DNA of 28,786 nucleotides from an uncultured Chthoniobacter sp. (GTDB lineage Bacteria; Verrucomicrobiota; Verrucomicrobiia; Chthoniobacterales; UBA6821): NCBI GenBank assembly GCA_964469825.1, contig CAYYAN010000002.1, positions 1 to 28,786 of the forward strand, read 5' to 3'. Shown piece by piece: positions 1 to 8,739 of this stretch (position 1 is its first letter; each line of letters starts with the position of its first letter). The notes under the pieces were generated by a model. It saw only the letters and a program-made list of their open reading frames with translations, ran no database searches and was not told where the DNA came from. The position numbers and the translations under genes were made by a program.

Positions 1-105
1 GGGCAGTATGAAACATACAGCCGTCGTCGCAATCCGTCGTCTTCCTTGTCTACATGAGGCTGCGCGGCTTCTCGCGACGAATTACCATGAAATATCCGGG
101 CTTAA
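1..105. repeat. Right-hand part of a diverged member of the palindromic MITE family, truncated by the window edge
   Basis: Ends in ATGAAATATCCGGGCTTAA, matching the terminal repeat of the 19321/27560 elements. Has the internal hairpin CAGTATG-AAA-CATACAGCC (cf. CAGTATG-TACT-CATACAGCC) and TTCTCGCGACGAA (cf. TTCTCGTCACGAA). Confidence 0.65.
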
Positions 106-126
106 AGCGAAAACCATTTGAAAAAC

Positions 127-168
127 CGCTTCGCTCTTTACGCTTTACCCTTCACTTGCCTCTCATTA
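127..168 (+). repeat. Degenerate heptamer tandem array in the 5' leader of the GT9 gene
   Basis: CGCTTCG CTCTTTA CGCTTTA CCCTTCA CTTGCCT CTCATTA. The units CTCTTTA and CCCTTCA recur at 28333-28367. Confidence 0.55.
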
Positions 169-224
169 AGTTAGGTGTCTAAAAAATAGATATTTAATTT
201 TAAATTTTTTGTTTGCGAAATTTT

Positions 225-1373
225 ATGCACGTTATTTCTTTTGTTGAACATATTTGGGTTGAGAACAGTCATATGCAATTTGGCTCTTCTCAAGTTTTTG
301 AGGGAGGAAAGGGTTACCTTTTTGCTGATAAGCAGTTTGATAAAATGAAAGCTTGGGACTTTTCTATTCCCTATGAAAAAGTTTCTAAGGCGGAACCGAT
401 GTTTAGGCCACTTCACTTCTCTCTCAATGATCCTAAAAAACGGGTCATTATTTATAATGGTGTTGGTGGGATGGGTGATCAAATCATGACTTGGCCTCTC
501 AGTAAGATTTTGGCGGATCGTGGTTATGAGGTTCATATTCTTTCAGAACCACACCTTACGATGTTTTGGCATGGATTTCCTTGGATTAAATCAATTGTCA
601 CTCTGCCTTGCTATTGGTCGACGATGGAACAATTCGATTACCATGTAAATCTTGAATATATTTCTAATGGATACGCTCATGAGGGCCAGATGCAACCGAT
701 TGATCTCATGTTGCGCACTTGTGGTATTGATCCTAAGAGTATTCCGGATGAAGAGAAGCGTGTAGCGCCGCACTTTTCTAGAATGGAGACTGATATAGCT
801 AAAACTCTTTATCCAGATCGGCGTCTCGGTTTTTATCAATTAGCATGTTCTCAACAGGTTCGTTCTTTACCACCCGAGCAAAGTCGTGCCGTCTTAAAGG
901 CGTTGGCCGAAGCTTTTCCTGATATTTACTGGATTGGTGTTTATGGCCCCCTGGAGTCATCGGGTTATTGGATGGAGTCTCTTGGAGTTGATAATGTTGA
1001 ATTTCGTTCATTCGAGCGCCCTCGATTAATGTGGTCGCTAATCAAGCGTGCAGAAATTTGTGTGGCACCTGACTCGATGCTGGTTCATGTTGCAGGTGTT
1101 TTAGAACGACCTTGTGTAGGACTTTGGGGGCCTTATGGACCTGGAACGAGAGTCCAATATTATCCTAATCATTATCCGATTCATCATACAACAGAGTGTT
1201 CTTTTGCACCTTGTCACTGGAATGCAGTTCAATTTCCTCATATCTGTCCTCCTTTAGCGCAACAACATCAACGTTGCGCTGTGATGCTTAAAATAACGCC
1301 TGAAGAAGTTGTTGAAGGCGCTCGTAAGCTTTTAGAAAAAGCAGGAAAAAATGAAGAGAAGAAAATACCCTAA
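225..1373 (+). CDS. Glycosyltransferase family 9 (ADP-heptose heptosyltransferase-like) with N-terminal extension and C-terminal Cys cluster
   Basis: GGMGDQIMTWP matches the GT9 GxGD motif and ICVAPDSMLVHVAGVLERPCVGLWGP matches the GT9 C-terminal signature. The C-terminus reads C-x4-C-HWN..CPP..RC..ITPEEV. ATG 225 is preferred over TTG 213. Confidence 0.85.
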   Translation: MHVISFVEHIWVENSHMQFGSSQVFEGGKGYLFADKQFDKMKAWDFSIPYEKVSKAEPMFRPLHFSLNDPKKRVIIYNGVGGMGDQIMTWPLSKILADRGYEVHILSEPHLTMFWHGFPWIKSIVTLPCYWSTMEQFDYHVNLEYISNGYAHEGQMQPIDLMLRTCGIDPKSIPDEEKRVAPHFSRMETDIAKTLYPDRRLGFYQLACSQQVRSLPPEQSRAVLKALAEAFPDIYWIGVYGPLESSGYWMESLGVDNVEFRSFERPRLMWSLIKRAEICVAPDSMLVHVAGVLERPCVGLWGPYGPGTRVQYYPNHYPIHHTTECSFAPCHWNAVQFPHICPPLAQQHQRCAVMLKITPEEVVEGARKLLEKAGKNEEKKIP

Positions 1374-1375
1374 TT

Positions 1376-1894
1376 ATGCCAGAGAGTTCTGAACAACAAA
1401 AAGTTTCTCAAGAGCCTTCATCCTGGATGCTTGATTGTGTGATGACTGCGATTAAACAATTGCCATCGTTAGCAGAGAAAAAAGGAATTGGGAAACGAAA
1501 ATTAGAATCGCTCTATTTAGCCGGTTTTCAGCTTTATGAAATGCAATGTTATCAAGAAGCTGCCGATCTTTTTAGACTACTCTGTTTTTACGAACCGCGG
1601 GTAGCTCGTAACTGGATAGCTTTGGGAGGGGCTTATCAACATATCAAATGTCATGACAATGCTCTTGCCTCCTTTGCAATGGCTTCCTTATTAGATCCCT
1701 ATAATCCTGAATCAAGATTTTATGCAGCTCACTCTTGTATTGATCTGATGAATCTTCATCGTGCATTAGAGTGTGTGAGTGCAGCAATAAAGATTGCTAA
1801 AGATCATCCTAATAAAAAAGACTTGTACCGAAGAGCGATTGCTTTAAAAAATGCTCTTGTCAATCAAATTAAAATCAACTCTCAAAAAGCATGA
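1376..1894 (+). CDS. lcrH: Class II T3SS translocator chaperone, SycD/LcrH family (TPR)
   Basis: LYLAGFQLYEMQCYQEAADLFRLLCFYEP..WIALGGAYQ..AL..FA.A.LLDP.NP..RFYAA.C is the LcrH three-TPR pattern. It starts 2 nt after the GT9 stop. Confidence 0.9.
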   Translation: MPESSEQQKVSQEPSSWMLDCVMTAIKQLPSLAEKKGIGKRKLESLYLAGFQLYEMQCYQEAADLFRLLCFYEPRVARNWIALGGAYQHIKCHDNALASFAMASLLDPYNPESRFYAAHSCIDLMNLHRALECVSAAIKIAKDHPNKKDLYRRAIALKNALVNQIKINSQKA

Positions 1895-3177
1895 GCACCA
1901 ATTATTCTAGCTCTTTCACTCCTGGTATTGCCGAGCCCCAGCTTACTGGACAAGGGGGTGACCAGGTCATTGCTTCTGAGACGCAGGAAGCAACTGCTCC
2001 TCAGAAAGCTGGAATTGTTTTTGATAATCTTACTTTTGATCCGACAGTTACTAATTCACTTCAGAAAAGTTACAGCGATTCTTTTGTTACCATCCAACCT
2101 CCTGGCTCGATGGTACCGCAAAATCAGCAATCATATCTTAGTGATTTAGGAACCATTGGAAAAACGACTCAAGATATAGTCAGTCAAGAGACCCAATCGG
2201 GGAATAATCCGATAGAAGCACAGAGTGTACTCTCAGAAATTCAGTCGGCTCTTCAAGCGGCTCAAGAGATTTATAATCGGTATTATGCTCCAGGAGCACC
2301 TTTTGCTGCTTTAGTACAAGGGTATCGTTTTCCTACACAAGAAGTGAGCAACTCCATGATGACTGTGCAGCATGTTGCTGGATTAGCATTGGTTCAGACA
2401 GCAGCTACACCTGGTTCGGAAGAACAATTATTGTCTGATAGCCCCGCTCCAGGGAAAGGATTAACACTTCCTGAAGCTAACAATTATGCAGGAAGATCAT
2501 TTTTATCTCTTTTACAAACTTCTCATTTGCACAAAAATCATAATTCACTAGAAGGATTGAGGAAAATGCTATCAGAACTCAATGTGCTTCGTGTTCATAA
2601 TGCTATAACGCAACGTCAGGTTAATGTTAATAAATATATCACTCATGGCCCTCTAAATGTATTAGAAGCAAAAACAGAAGAAAAAAATAATCTGGCTAAT
2701 AACCTTGCTGCTCAGCTAGAGAATAAGGCAGTTTCACTCTTTAAAAAGGCAGCATCTGCTACTCAAGATTTTTTGACAAAGGCTTCTTCTACTGCCTCCT
2801 CCATTCAAACTGCTCCGACAGATACAAAATTAGTTTCTGAAGATCAAGAAATAGAGAATAAAAATATCATTAATAATAATGATGCTACCAAGAATGCGAC
2901 ATCCCATTTGAGTGCTACATTTACTTCTGAATCTAGTTTGTCGAACCAACCTTTTAGTTATCATATAACAGGTAATACTGCTGCTGCTATTGATACCAAT
3001 ACAGCTTTGTCTTTAGAATATAATGAAGTAGTTGAGTCAGCTGCTAGTAATGTGATTAACATTAGCCCTTCTGCAATGGCTGAACACCTTAATAATTCAC
3101 TGCAACAATCGGTTAATCGCCTTAACAAGTTAGTTGAAGGGCGACCTCAAAATGCTCTTAATGTTTCCTTGCGGTAG
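1891..3177 (+). CDS. Hypothetical Ser/Thr/Asn/Gln-rich protein, probable T3SS substrate of the adjacent LcrH
   Basis: 428-aa ORF with ATGA overlap on the lcrH stop, a polar low-complexity N-terminus typical of T3S substrates, helical stretches and no clear transmembrane segment. Confidence 0.6.
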   Translation: MSTNYSSSFTPGIAEPQLTGQGGDQVIASETQEATAPQKAGIVFDNLTFDPTVTNSLQKSYSDSFVTIQPPGSMVPQNQQSYLSDLGTIGKTTQDIVSQETQSGNNPIEAQSVLSEIQSALQAAQEIYNRYYAPGAPFAALVQGYRFPTQEVSNSMMTVQHVAGLALVQTAATPGSEEQLLSDSPAPGKGLTLPEANNYAGRSFLSLLQTSHLHKNHNSLEGLRKMLSELNVLRVHNAITQRQVNVNKYITHGPLNVLEAKTEEKNNLANNLAAQLENKAVSLFKKAASATQDFLTKASSTASSIQTAPTDTKLVSEDQEIENKNIINNNDATKNATSHLSATFTSESSLSNQPFSYHITGNTAAAIDTNTALSLEYNEVVESAASNVINISPSAMAEHLNNSLQQSVNRLNKLVEGRPQNALNVSLR

Positions 3178-3180
3178 ATT

Positions 3181-3597
3181 CTACATCGCAGGTGTAGGAG
3201 GAACAAGTCTGATCCAGGTGTCGAGATGATTAAGAAAAAGATTTAAGTGGTTATTAAATTCAGTTTCTCGAGTATAAGAGGTTACTTCTAACCAAAAAAT
3301 AATTCGTTTTTGTTCTTCATCCCACGATAATGTTCCTTCTGTTAATCCTAAACGGCTGCTAGCTGTTTTTAATAAATGGAGAGCTTCGTGTTCTTCATGA
3401 ATGAGAAGTGGTTCTACAACAACTCCAACAAGATAGATCTGAGAGTCATTTTCTTGAAGTTCCAGTGTTACAGAATTATCAATCACCAGTTCTAGTAGAG
3501 GGGGCGTTATTTCTTCGGTAGGAAGTTGGTAGCGATTGGCTAAAAAACCAGCAATTTCAGAAAAAGAAGAATTACTGACTGATAACGCAGTAGGCAT
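3181..3597 (-). CDS. Class I T3SS chaperone (CesT/SycE-like)
   Basis: 138 aa, acidic. Pattern L.id..v.l.l...dsqiyl.G.v..p ... GtLswde....iifW, then a C-terminal helix FNNHLNLFLNHLDTW. Confidence 0.75.
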   Translation of the reverse strand: MPTALSVSNSSFSEIAGFLANRYQLPTEEITPPLLELVIDNSVTLELQENDSQIYLVGVVVEPLLIHEEHEALHLLKTASSRLGLTEGTLSWDEEQKRIIFWLEVTSYTRETEFNNHLNLFLNHLDTWIRLVPPTPAM

Positions 3598-3756
3598 GAT
3601 CTTAGTGTTCAGATGAATGGCGCTGATAAAGAAATAAGAACTTTGTTAGAGAAATAAATTTAGGTTTTAATAAACTATAGTTTTTTTTAAAATCTCCCTA
3701 AATTCATAAAAATATTTCAAAATAAAGTTCTTATGCTGGCTTGCTAATCTGGATGA

Positions 3757-5625
3757 TTAAGCGGCAGCACCATGCATTTGTCCTAGAGTTTCTGAACTTA
3801 AGTTGCTCATTTGTGCTAGAACCTGACCTGCACCCGCTACATCAGCATTCATATCATTTAAGACTTCTTGAATTTGTTGATTAGAAAGATTAATTGCTTG
3901 AGATATCTCTGATGTTTCTCCTTTAGAGGTAAGTACAGAGGCATCGGCTTTTTCAGCTTTTCCTTTTAATATAGTAGCATTATATTGCTCAACACTCCCA
4001 GCGGTTGTAAGGGCCATCATTGTGAGATCAGATGCAATATGGACCGCTTTTAGAGGGTCACTAGCTAAATTAGTAGCGACTGATTGCAATTGTGCAATAG
4101 CTCTTTCAGATAAACTAGCTTCTTCAGCTGTGGCAGCTCCAACTCTAGCGCCAGTCTCAGCACTCACTTCAGCTCCTTCTAATAGGCCTTTTGATCCAAG
4201 AGACATACATCTTGTAGAAATTCTGCCAGCTAGGCTATAAAGCGCTTTTGCATTCTCAGATAAAGTTTGTGGTGCTCTATAAAGTGAGGCAGCTAGTTTT
4301 CCAGGAGCTTCAGTAATTGTTTTAGTAGCGCCCTCTGCTGCGCCTTTGATAAAGGCGCTGCGCCCTTCTGAAGTGCCGAGTGCTTTCAAGGTTTCTGAAT
4401 AGTTAACTGAGCTAGCAGTCTTGTCTGTAGTATTAGCAGCAGAGTCTTTTAGAGCAGTGGTAGCAGCCTTGTCTTCAGCAGTAGTAGTAGTAGATTCAGA
4501 TACACTTTCAGCTCCGGCATTAGAAGCTGCATCAACAGCAGCTTCAGAGCCAGCTTCAAGTGCTCCTTCGGCAATGGCTCCAGCACCACAGGTTGCAACT
4601 GATGCTGCAGCTACAATGATCAAGGTTGACATCATGTTGGCAACAGCCTGTGGTTTTATTCCCATGTTTTCTAATGCAGAAGTAAGGCCGGCAGTAATTT
4701 GTGGATCAGCAGTCATAACGCAACCCATAATTCCTGCAGCAATTAACATAGGGTCAGCTGTTAGAGTGCCAACAACAAGCATAGAAATATTAATAGCCCA
4801 ACTAAAGGCCTGAGCAGCTTGACTTTTGTTGCTAGCACTATTTTTAGCAGAAATGTAATTTTGGATATCAGTGATTTGCTGGCTGTAATCTTGAGATAAT
4901 ATTGCATTTTGGCCGCTGGCAGAAGAGACCATTTGGGATACTTGATCCATTTGTAACACTGAGCCAAGGTTTGTCGACTCCTCAACCATCGCAAAAACAT
5001 TAGGAGGAGGTATTGCTGGAGCACCATTTGAATTAGATGTTTCAGTAGTCGATGAAGTGGAGCTTGTTGATGAAGTACCACTTGTTGATTGACTGGAACT
5101 AGGCTCTACTTTGAGAGTAAAGGTTGAAATGTCTGTGGTTGATTCTACTGAAGTTGAAGATGATGTGCTGTTTTCTCCTTGTTGTAATGAGGATGCAGCG
5201 CTGGGTATATAGACTTGACCTTGTTCTGATTCACCACCTGATTCAGTATCAGAACCTTCCTCTCCTTGAGAGCCAATAACTTGTTGAGCAAGAGTTAATC
5301 CTATATTCGGTATTTGAGGTGCATCTTCGTTTACAGTATCTTGAGTATCATAAGTATCTCCACTTGAATTGGTAATCGAATTTTGGACTGTTCCTAATGT
5401 TTGACTCAATGTGGTATTAATATTTTGACTAGAAGTTCCTGGCTGTTCTTGAGCTCCTTGAAAAGAGCTGTAGGAACTTGTTCCTGAGGTGGTTGTAACA
5501 GCCGGAGTTCCTTTTCCTTGACCTTGTGAAGATGGTTTTCCTGTGGGATTAGAAGTATTATTTGAATCCGAAGCAGTCTGAGGAAGAAAAAGCTCAGGAG
5601 GAAGAGAAGAATTAATAGAGCTCAT
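3757..5625 (-). CDS. sctE: Major translocator SctE (YopB/IpaB/CopB-like)
   Basis: PELFLP at residues 10-15 fits the class II chaperone-binding PxLxxP motif. It has a long S/T-rich N-terminus, two hydrophobic segments (FSWAINISMLVVGTLT..LIAAGIMGCVM and LIIVAAASVATCGAGAIA) and a C-terminal coiled coil. It lies directly downstream of an LcrH gene. Confidence 0.8.
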   Translation of the reverse strand: MSSINSSLPPELFLPQTASDSNNTSNPTGKPSSQGQGKGTPAVTTTSGTSSYSSFQGAQEQPGTSSQNINTTLSQTLGTVQNSITNSSGDTYDTQDTVNEDAPQIPNIGLTLAQQVIGSQGEEGSDTESGGESEQGQVYIPSAASSLQQGENSTSSSTSVESTTDISTFTLKVEPSSSQSTSGTSSTSSTSSTTETSNSNGAPAIPPPNVFAMVEESTNLGSVLQMDQVSQMVSSASGQNAILSQDYSQQITDIQNYISAKNSASNKSQAAQAFSWAINISMLVVGTLTADPMLIAAGIMGCVMTADPQITAGLTSALENMGIKPQAVANMMSTLIIVAAASVATCGAGAIAEGALEAGSEAAVDAASNAGAESVSESTTTTAEDKAATTALKDSAANTTDKTASSVNYSETLKALGTSEGRSAFIKGAAEGATKTITEAPGKLAASLYRAPQTLSENAKALYSLAGRISTRCMSLGSKGLLEGAEVSAETGARVGAATAEEASLSERAIAQLQSVATNLASDPLKAVHIASDLTMMALTTAGSVEQYNATILKGKAEKADASVLTSKGETSEISQAINLSNQQIQEVLNDMNADVAGAGQVLAQMSNLSSETLGQMHGAAA

Positions 5626-5661
5626 AAAAAATCAAAGTTTAAGAAGTTAATGGATTATTAA

Positions 5662-6183
5662 TTATGACTTTTTGTTTTCAGTAATGGCTTTTTGTAAGGC
5701 ATCTCTCAAAAATTCAGCTCGTTTTTTAAGGGCTGCATGTTCTGATTTTTTAGAGGAAAATAAAATAACAGCTTCTAGGCAAGAGAGAGCCTTAGGGTAG
5801 TTTTTAAGAGCAATATAACAGTCAAAGGCATGCAGAGGTGGAATTGGATCATCATGTTTAAGGATGGTTGCAAAAGAATAGCAAATGAGTGCTTTTTCAT
5901 ATTCTTTTAACATTTCATAACATCCAGCTGCTCCCAGCCAGCCTCTTTGATCTAAATAATGATAAAAAGTTAGAGCCTTAAAGAGGGCAAGTGCTTCTTT
6001 GTATTTTTCTTGTGAGTAAAGATAATAACCTTGAGAATAAAGGACATCCATATCTTTTTGTGTCCAACCACGAAGAAGATAAAAAGGTATGTTCTTTGTT
6101 AGAGCGTTATAAGCTGCATCGGCAACAATTTCAGCCCGAATATCAGAGGGAGATAAATTGTTGAGTTGGTTTTTAGTGGTCAT
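5662..6183 (-). CDS. lcrH: Class II translocator chaperone SycD/LcrH
   Basis: MDVLYSQGYYLYSQEKYKEALALFKALTFYHYLDQRGWLGAAGC..YEKAL.CYS..DDP.PPLHAFDCY is a canonical LcrH TPR pattern. Confidence 0.92.
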   Translation of the reverse strand: MTTKNQLNNLSPSDIRAEIVADAAYNALTKNIPFYLLRGWTQKDMDVLYSQGYYLYSQEKYKEALALFKALTFYHYLDQRGWLGAAGCYEMLKEYEKALICYSFATILKHDDPIPPLHAFDCYIALKNYPKALSCLEAVILFSSKKSEHAALKKRAEFLRDALQKAITENKKS

Positions 6184-6231
6184 GGTATTTATCTTTTGGA
6201 TTTTTTTGAATGAGATGACAAGAAAAAAGTT

Positions 6232-7398
6232 TTAAATATTACTAATAATAGATTGCATAATAGAAGAGAGAGTTCCAATAATTTGGCCTGCTAAAGAAAC
6301 CTGACTTTGAAGAGTTGTAACTGCGTTATTCATAAAAGTCTGTGCGTTAGCAAGGTCATTATTTTGAACCGTGATGAGAGATTGTACTTGGGTGACTGCT
6401 AGTGACGAATTGGTAATAGTTGTCCCTCCGTAAGTTACGGATAAATAAAAATTTACAATTACTCCATTGGATAGATATCCAACAAAAGTAGTGTTTTGGC
6501 TACCAGTCCATCCTTGAGCAGTACTTTCCCAAGTCCAAGAAAAGTTGGTGACCGTGATAGTTCCGCTGCCTGATTCTTGAACTTTGCTGTCTGCTGAAAC
6601 ACTATTTAAAGCAGCAGTGAGATTGGCAATATTAACTTGGTAAGAAAGGGATTGACTATAATAGCTACTAACTTGTTCATTTTGGTAAATGATAATCGAG
6701 TTAGTAGTGTCAATAAGTCCTGTATAGACATTACTTCCCATGATATTAACAAAAGAAGAGCTTCCAAGAACAGTCAAACCATTATCTTTAGGAACAGGAT
6801 CAGAAATTGTGTTTTGATAAACCACTCCTGATTGAGTTATATAGCTAGCTAGTCCAACAAGTTGATTCGAGTTTTCCCATCTCCAATAGTCTTCAAATAC
6901 CCAAGTTGCAACAATATAGCTATAATAAAAAAATTGTTGAGAGAAGCAAAACTCATAAGTATTAAAAGTGTCTATTGCTCCCTGAGTTAGTGCAACGATA
7001 GGTTGAAGCTGTGTTCCAAAACGAACACTATAGGTGACTGGTTGTATGTGAAGATAACTTGCATAAAAAGTTTCAAAAGTTGAAAACTGGGTTGAGATGA
7101 CATCCAATAGAGAATAAAATTCCATGGTTGACCAAGCCTTCACACCATCGTTGTGTCCACCTGTAACAACAGAATTTAAGGGGCCAACAACAGGAGGTTG
7201 ATTATATGTTACAGAAGCAAGTAAGTTTGTAGTATAATACGTTTGTATGGGAAAGTTAGAGAAAGTAAACGATTGATAGATACTCGGATTAAAATAAGGA
7301 TAAATGGTTGTTTTAATGGGAACGCCAGTGGTAGCCAGGGGGTTAGTTCCAATAAAATTGGTATCATTGACGAGGGGATTAAAATAAAGTGGTTGCAT
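6232..7398 (-). CDS. Putative needle-tip or filament protein (positional SctA), atypical Tyr/Thr/Ser-rich
   Basis: It occupies the lcrV position in an lcrG-lcrV-lcrH-yopB-like order. The amphipathic C-terminal helix ends ..LSSIMQSIISNI, like needle and filament subunits. The central region is aromatic/beta-rich and unlike LcrV. Confidence 0.5.
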   Translation of the reverse strand: MQPLYFNPLVNDTNFIGTNPLATTGVPIKTTIYPYFNPSIYQSFTFSNFPIQTYYTTNLLASVTYNQPPVVGPLNSVVTGGHNDGVKAWSTMEFYSLLDVISTQFSTFETFYASYLHIQPVTYSVRFGTQLQPIVALTQGAIDTFNTYEFCFSQQFFYYSYIVATWVFEDYWRWENSNQLVGLASYITQSGVVYQNTISDPVPKDNGLTVLGSSSFVNIMGSNVYTGLIDTTNSIIIYQNEQVSSYYSQSLSYQVNIANLTAALNSVSADSKVQESGSGTITVTNFSWTWESTAQGWTGSQNTTFVGYLSNGVIVNFYLSVTYGGTTITNSSLAVTQVQSLITVQNNDLANAQTFMNNAVTTLQSQVSLAGQIIGTLSSIMQSIISNI

Positions 7399-7416
7399 AT
7401 TATTAAAGCAGAAAAA

Positions 7417-7725
7417 TCAGACTTTTCTCACTAGTAGTGAAGGGCGGATACGATTAGAAAATACTTGGCGTGGTTTTTCGAATTTTTTCCTAACATGAGA
7501 ATGTTGTAAGAGATTTTTCACAGCTTTAAGATAAGAAGCATAAAAGTGACTTTCGATTCCATCGTATTTTTCTGCAATATCAATCCATTCATCAATAGTA
7601 AGTCCGGAAGACTTAATAAAATTTTCTAAGTCATCCCAGGTTGAAAGTGATTGTGAGAATAATTCTTCTGTGCGGTTAAATTGATGTTTAGATAGGTGTG
7701 AAAGGCCAGGTGGATGTTCTGCCAT
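7417..7725 (-). CDS. LcrG-like small protein (tip chaperone/regulator candidate)
   Basis: 102 aa immediately upstream of the tip candidate. SGLTIDEWIDI resembles LcrG IGLTPEAVMKI, and the C-terminus is basic and Pro-containing as in LcrG. Confidence 0.4.
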   Translation of the reverse strand: MAEHPPGLSHLSKHQFNRTEELFSQSLSTWDDLENFIKSSGLTIDEWIDIAEKYDGIESHFYASYLKAVKNLLQHSHVRKKFEKPRQVFSNRIRPSLLVRKV

Positions 7726-7956
7726 GAGAAATATCAGTTAACAATAATAGACAATAAATGAGCGATAAAGTCTGTTTTGCGTATCGTATAACACATTGGA
7801 TTACCTATATAATCAATATAGACTTCAGTGAAAAGATGACTTGTCGTTATTGATAGCTATCATTGTCAAACAACTCAATTTCAACTCTAGTCTATAATTT
7901 ACCTCTTGTTAAATGTGGGGTCTTCTAAAAAATGATTTTTTCAGAATGTTTTAATA

Positions 7957-8382
7957 TTATACTTGGTTATTAAGAAGGCTTTGTATACCTGAAACGCTTT
8001 TTGCTGCAATTTGGCCCATGAGTTGCCAGCCAAGAGAGGCTTGAATGACTTGAACTTGAGCATTCAAGATAGCTGTAGGATCAGAAGGACCTCCTACTTG
8101 GCTGAGATAACGAGGAAGATCATTAAATAGATTTGCAGAATCGAGAGACATTGTTGGAGCTGTATTTACTGGTGGGTGAGGTGCAGCAACTGTATCAGGG
8201 CCCATCGTATAAAAAGATTCTACATCAGCAGGAAGTGAGGAATGAGGATCCATGCCGAGTTGTTGATGGATGAGATCTTTGAGCTGATTTGAATCAAGCT
8301 GTGGATCAATTTGATTGGTAAGAGCGTTCTGATGCGCTTGACTGGCTATGGCAGAAGAGGCTGCTGAGAGTGTAGGAACCAT
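7957..8382 (-). CDS. sctI: Inner rod protein SctI (YscI/PrgJ/HrpB2-like)
   Basis: C-terminal DPTAILNAQVQVIQASLGWQLMGQIAAKSVSGIQSLLNNQV matches the inner-rod DP..LL..Q....L...K....Q.L..Q pattern. Confidence 0.8.
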   Translation of the reverse strand: MVPTLSAASSAIASQAHQNALTNQIDPQLDSNQLKDLIHQQLGMDPHSSLPADVESFYTMGPDTVAAPHPPVNTAPTMSLDSANLFNDLPRYLSQVGGPSDPTAILNAQVQVIQASLGWQLMGQIAAKSVSGIQSLLNNQV

Positions 8383-8439
8383 AGTTTTTGCACCTTTATT
8401 AGAGTGAAAAGGGTGAAGGTTTTTTAAAGTTAAAAAAAA

Positions 8440-8739
8440 TTACAGTTTATTGCCGTAATCTATTTCTTTTCTTACTCGATCATAGTAAGCGAGTTCTCGA
8501 CGGTTGTGGTCAAAAATAGATTGATTAAAGCCTTTCCGATAAGCCTCCCAACTATCAGCAGGAATGGAAGTATCGCTATTTCCTTGAGCAAAATTTTGGC
8601 TTTCAGCTGAAGTGCTTTCAGATGCTGCTTCTAAGCTTGATTCGAAGGCAGCTATCTCTTCTAGAGATGGTATTGCATTTTGGTTAACCAGAGAATTTTT
8701 TTGAAGAGGGGTCCCGGAATTAATTTGAGAAACACTCAT
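8440..8739 (-). CDS. Hypothetical small T3SS-associated protein (YscH/YopR position)
   Basis: 99-aa ORF whose start overlaps the upstream stop by 4 nt. It has a polar N-terminus (MSVSQINS) and a charged helical C-terminus, and sits between the sctG-like gene and sctI. Confidence 0.5.
   Translation of the reverse strand: MSVSQINSGTPLQKNSLVNQNAIPSLEEIAAFESSLEAASESTSAESQNFAQGNSDTSIPADSWEAYRKGFNQSIFDHNRRELAYYDRVRKEIDYGNKL

Noticed and set aside
3640..3700. Possible fourth copy of the promoter motif upstream of the class I chaperone
   Set aside because: Only AAAACCTAAA is present. The TGCTAGA box and a correctly spaced -10 are missing.
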